In this document: positions 55,235 to 58,410 of the stretch, piece by piece | How the letters are laid out: each line of letters starts with the position of its first letter | Numbering within the stretch: the first letter of the stretch is position 1 | Translations under genes and position numbers: made by a program | Notes under the pieces: generated by a model | Databases searched by the model: none | What the model saw: the letters and a program-made list of their open reading frames with translations, nothing else | What the model was told of the DNA's origin: nothing | Source: a virus | Lineage: Duplodnaviria > Caudoviricetes | Virus record (IMG/VR): IMGVR_UViG_3300036790_000260 | Location: 1-58,410 of that record | DNA length: 58,410 nt | Direction: 5' to 3' (one strand)

Positions 55235-55539
55235 TGGCGAACGGTGTGCCCACCCGTGGGCAGTTGCTCGCGTTGAAGCGCGGCGGCACGATCGTGTACG
55301 ACGGCATGCGCGCCCGACTGCCCTGCTACGACGCGCTCAACCCGCTGGCCAACCGCGCGGTGTACTTCTACTTCAGCAAGCACTTCCTTGAGGGGAAACT
55401 GACCTATTGCGCCACCCGCGAGTTCGTCGAGGACAGCTTCGTCGACCCGTGGGAGCTGGTCTCGGGTGAGCTCGATCTGTTGGCGGCGCGGCAGGATGCG
55501 CACCATCTTGACGGGAGCCCGGTGACGACCGATGACTGA
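55234..55539 (+). CDS. Hypothetical protein
   Basis: TGATG coupling. Confidence 0.5.
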   Translation: MANGVPTRGQLLALKRGGTIVYDGMRARLPCYDALNPLANRAVYFYFSKHFLEGKLTYCATREFVEDSFVDPWELVSGELDLLAARQDAHHLDGSPVTTDD

Positions 55540-56122
55540 GCCGTCGCCGTTCGAGCGCGTCCAGTTCCCACCCATCCCCGACAGCGGCATCATCCCCGGC
55601 GCAACCGCCGAGGAAGTCATCGGGCTCGCCCTGACGCCGCCGCTGCTCGCCATGCTGGAAACGGCCGAGACACGCCTACAGGCACGCCTCGCGGAGCAAC
55701 ACGTGTGGCTGCACGGTACGGGCGCCATCGATGTGAGCGACTTCGACGTCCCCGCTTTCGTACGCAGCGCGTCGCCCCTGCAGCTGGGGCAGCACATGAT
55801 CGCCTACATGGGCGTCCCGAACGAGCTGCTCGACGACACGGTGACGGTCGATTTCCGGCCGACGAGCGAGATGTGGAAGGCGTCCGCAGAGCGACGCCAA
55901 GCCGCACTGCAGGCTGAGCGCGACGCCAAATTTACGTCCGCCGCAGACGAATGGGAAACACTCCGCGCCCACCACGCCGACTCGCCGGCCATCGCGGCGG
56001 TCCTCGACCTGCACCAGCCGACCGACAGGCTCGAATGCACGCACGAAGTGTTCGGGTACGAGGCGGACGCGGAGGACTGGCCGTGTTCGACGTACCTCGC
56101 GATCCGGGACGCGGAGCGGTGA
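55532..56122 (+). CDS. Hypothetical protein with LH.P...WPC.T module
   Basis: C-terminal LDLHQP...C...WPCST. Confidence 0.6.
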   Translation: MTEPSPFERVQFPPIPDSGIIPGATAEEVIGLALTPPLLAMLETAETRLQARLAEQHVWLHGTGAIDVSDFDVPAFVRSASPLQLGQHMIAYMGVPNELLDDTVTVDFRPTSEMWKASAERRQAALQAERDAKFTSAADEWETLRAHHADSPAIAAVLDLHQPTDRLECTHEVFGYEADAEDWPCSTYLAIRDAER

Positions 56123-56367
56123 GCGCGCCTCCCACGCTGGCGACCGCAGTGAGCGTCAAGCTCATCGAGCTGGTGCGTCACGACAAGCCAGTGCGCGGAC
56201 ACTACGTCCTGGCCGACGTGGTCGGCGTCGTCATGGCGCTCCACACGCCGAAGACCGGAGAGCTCGGTCCCCGGTGCGGTCACTGCGAAGGCGCTGCCGC
56301 GTGGCCGTGCGACACGGTGAAGGTCGTCGCGGCCGCGCTCGGGCTGAAGCACGGAGACTGGCGATGA
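56119..56367 (+). CDS. Hypothetical protein with LH.P...WPC.T module
   Basis: LHTP...CGHC...WPCDT. Confidence 0.6.
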   Translation: MSAPPTLATAVSVKLIELVRHDKPVRGHYVLADVVGVVMALHTPKTGELGPRCGHCEGAAAWPCDTVKVVAAALGLKHGDWR

Positions 56368-56386
56368 CCCATGCCTACCGCCTCGG

Positions 56387-56620
56387 TCAGGGGTTCATGG
56401 CGCGGGCCATCTCGGCCTGGGCCACGAGTTGCCGGGCGAGCTGCTCGGCGTCCTCGGGCGAGAGCCGGGCGACGATGGTCCGGCCGTCGTCGGTGCGCAG
56501 CGGGAGATCGACCATGTTGGGGCACCGGCACTCAGTGGCGCACTGGCAGCCGCCGAAGTCGACGCCCCACGTGGGGCCCTGCACGGTGCCGGCCCAGACG
56601 CGGGCGCGAGTGGCGGTCAT
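56387..56620 (-). CDS. Hypothetical protein
   Basis: RBS AAGGAG; divergent from 56732. Confidence 0.55.
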   Translation of the reverse strand: MTATRARVWAGTVQGPTWGVDFGGCQCATECRCPNMVDLPLRTDDGRTIVARLSPEDAEQLARQLVAQAEMARAMNP

Positions 56621-56731
56621 CTTCGGCTCCTTCGTTGCGGCTTCTGCCTACAACTCACACACTAGCTTCCGAAAGGCACTTCCGCAAGTGGTACCGGAAA
56701 CGAATTCCGGAAGCCAGTGCTACAATGAGCC

Positions 56732-57094
56732 ATGGCCACAGACCCCCTCATCCTCGAACTACGGCGAATCAAACACCTACGCCACGCCGCCACCGCAGCA
56801 CAGGCAGCCGCCACCAAAGCCACCGAACCAGCCATCGTCGCCGCGCTCCAGGCCGGAATCAGCCCCAGCCAGATCGCAGCCGAGTCAGGCGTCTCCGACA
56901 GCCACGTCCGCGCCGTCCGGCGACAACACGGCATCCCAGCCAACCCCAGCTACGCCCACCTGCGCCCGGCAGCCGTGCACGCGGCACTGGACGCGACCGA
57001 AACGCAGGTCGAGACCGACCTCGAGGGGCCGATGGTGGTTAGCGTGCCCGTGCTCGACGACCCCGACTGCCTCAATCCGGAAGCAGGAAACTGA
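56732..57094 (+). CDS. HTH DNA-binding protein
   Basis: AGISPSQIAAESGVSDSHVR; leaderless TACAAT. Confidence 0.7.
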   Translation: MATDPLILELRRIKHLRHAATAAQAAATKATEPAIVAALQAGISPSQIAAESGVSDSHVRAVRRQHGIPANPSYAHLRPAAVHAALDATETQVETDLEGPMVVSVPVLDDPDCLNPEAGN

Positions 57095-57095
57095 T

Positions 57096-57449
57096 ATGGC
57101 GAACATTCGTGATTTCCAGCCCGGCGTCAGCGAGCAGCGCGGTGCGATCACCGTGCAGCGGTTCGCGGATCCCATGCTCCAGTTCAGCTACGATCATGAC
57201 GAGTTCTGGCGGTTCGGGATCGACCTGGCGGCCACCGACGCGAGCAAGCCGGCCGAGGAGGTGTGGCTCCGGCTGCACCGCAACGCCATCGAGTTCTACG
57301 GCGACGACGCGACGATCCTGTCGGCCGCCGCGATCGAGCTGCAGAGGATGGCGATCGCGATCGAGCCGGCCGCGACGCTGCCCGACGGCCGTGTGCTGGC
57401 CGGGCTGAAGCCGGAAGACCTGTACGCCCCCCCGGCTCCCGATGCCTGA
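57096..57449 (+). CDS. Hypothetical protein
   Basis: RBS AGGA; GC3 bias. Confidence 0.55.
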   Translation: MANIRDFQPGVSEQRGAITVQRFADPMLQFSYDHDEFWRFGIDLAATDASKPAEEVWLRLHRNAIEFYGDDATILSAAAIELQRMAIAIEPAATLPDGRVLAGLKPEDLYAPPAPDA

Positions 57450-57936
57450 GCCGCTCAGCGACGAAGAGATCGAACGCCGCAAACGCCTGGTGACCGAGAC
57501 GCTCGACGACGTGGCGCAGCAACTCGACCGCGTCATCTCGCTGCTCAACTTCGATCCCCGCGACGGGCTTGAGCATGCTCGGACCGAGGCCGCGCGCCAC
57601 GCCTACCAGACTGCGGTGCAGATCGTGCGCGCGGCCCGGCCGCGCCCCGAAGCCACCGCAGACATCTCGGTGCTTCCCGGGCCGCGCTTCACCGCAGTCG
57701 CCTTCACCCGCATCCTCGAGGGCCGCTTCCAGGAATTGCGGACTGCCGGCCGCACCCCTGTGGCGATCCACATCTCGGAGACCGAAGCGGGTCGGTGTGG
57801 GATCCGCGCTGCGACGCATGTGCTCGGCCTTCCGGTGATCCTGAGTGGTCGTGTGCCGTTGGGTGTCGTGCAGATCTCGGTGCTGGAGGATCCGCGCGTG
57901 CGCGACGTGCATCTGCCGGTTTACTTCACGGATTGA
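57442..57936 (+). CDS. Hypothetical protein
   Basis: Overlapping ORF. Confidence 0.55.
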   Translation: MPEPLSDEEIERRKRLVTETLDDVAQQLDRVISLLNFDPRDGLEHARTEAARHAYQTAVQIVRAARPRPEATADISVLPGPRFTAVAFTRILEGRFQELRTAGRTPVAIHISETEAGRCGIRAATHVLGLPVILSGRVPLGVVQISVLEDPRVRDVHLPVYFTD

Positions 57937-58077
57937 CCTGTTGCGCACTGGGCCCTCGTCGCCTGTTGGTGGCGGGGGTTTCGTGGTGTGGTGGGGTGCT
58001 CGCCCTGGTGTTTAGCTCGGGTACAGATGTAATTGGTAGAGAATCATGGTGTTGGTGTCAAGATTCTTCCCCACCAC

Positions 58078-58107
58078 TCTTGTGTTACCACAAGAACGGA
58101 GTATTGT
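58078..58107 (+). promoter_or_regulatory. Palindromic operator and -10 (TATTGT)
   Basis: TCTTGTG-TTAC-CACAAGA; matches the 29955-29967 motif on the opposite strand. Confidence 0.55.
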
Positions 58108-58145
58108 AGTCCATAGAGACAGAAACCACCACGAAGGAGCCCCAA

Positions 58146-58410
58146 ATGACCACCACCGCAGACGCCCAGCAGATCACCGAGACCTACAAGATGCTCACCC
58201 CCGCGCCCGGCCGCTCGATGCACCTCCTGCCGATCTACCAGATGTTCGACTGGTCGCTCGACCGGTTCCACGCCGCAATCCGGCACCTCAACGCCACCGG
58301 GGGCGCCTTCATCGAGCCGGAGCCGAAGCTGCGCTCCCTGACCGACACGGACCACATGGTGTCGCTGAAGATCGGCGGCGAGTGGAAGCACTCCATAGCG
58401 ATCGACTACT
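58146..58410 (+). CDS. 88-aa hypothetical protein spanning the circular junction (stop at 112-114)
   Basis: RBS AAGGAG; MTTTADAQQ...HSIAIDY* completed only by circularisation; own promoter and terminator. Confidence 0.7.
   Translation, partial: MTTTADAQQITETYKMLTPAPGRSMHLLPIYQMFDWSLDRFHAAIRHLNATGGAFIEPEPKLRSLTDTDHMVSLKIGGEWKHSIAIDY
58299..58410. repeat. Terminal direct repeat, right copy
   Basis: Identical to 1-112. Confidence 0.95.

Noticed and set aside
1-58410. tRNA, diversity-generating retroelement, intron or intein
   Set aside because: No cloverleaf, reverse transcriptase, template/variable repeat pair or intein motifs seen by eye; tRNAscan-SE and Infernal would be needed to exclude them formally.

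Overview
This window is an apparently complete, circularly assembled genome of a high-GC long-tailed dsDNA phage (siphovirus-like). Bases 1-112 repeat exactly at 58299-58410, giving a unit length of about 58,298 bp. WhiB, DUF397, DUF6221 and RsbW-like genes suggest a filamentous actinomycete host. Gene order: portal-MuF fusion, ClpP-type prohead protease, HK97 capsid, head accessory genes including a beta-helix spike, head-tail and tail genes with a -1 frameshift chaperone, and tape measure. Next comes an unusually expanded lysis region (permuted NlpC/P60, PLD/HKD enzyme, minimal VIT1/CCC1, DUF1003, GH25-like endolysin, holin-like proteins). A leftward accessory cassette (RsbW-like, MmpS-like, NodC/HasA-type GT2 synthase, GH26 lipoprotein, HTH_17 regulator) sits where an integrase would normally be. 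Early genes follow: RecE/annealase, an iteron-containing replication initiator, a C5 methyltransferase, WhiB and a HicA-like protein. The terminase is separated from the portal by about 9 kb of small ORFs. I recognised no integrase, parAB, tRNA or CRISPR. The best candidates for undescribed systems are the NlpC/P60-PLD-VIT1-DUF1003 module coupled to the endolysin and the phage-borne GT2+GH26 polysaccharide cassette. All family calls come from motif recognition by eye, not database searches.
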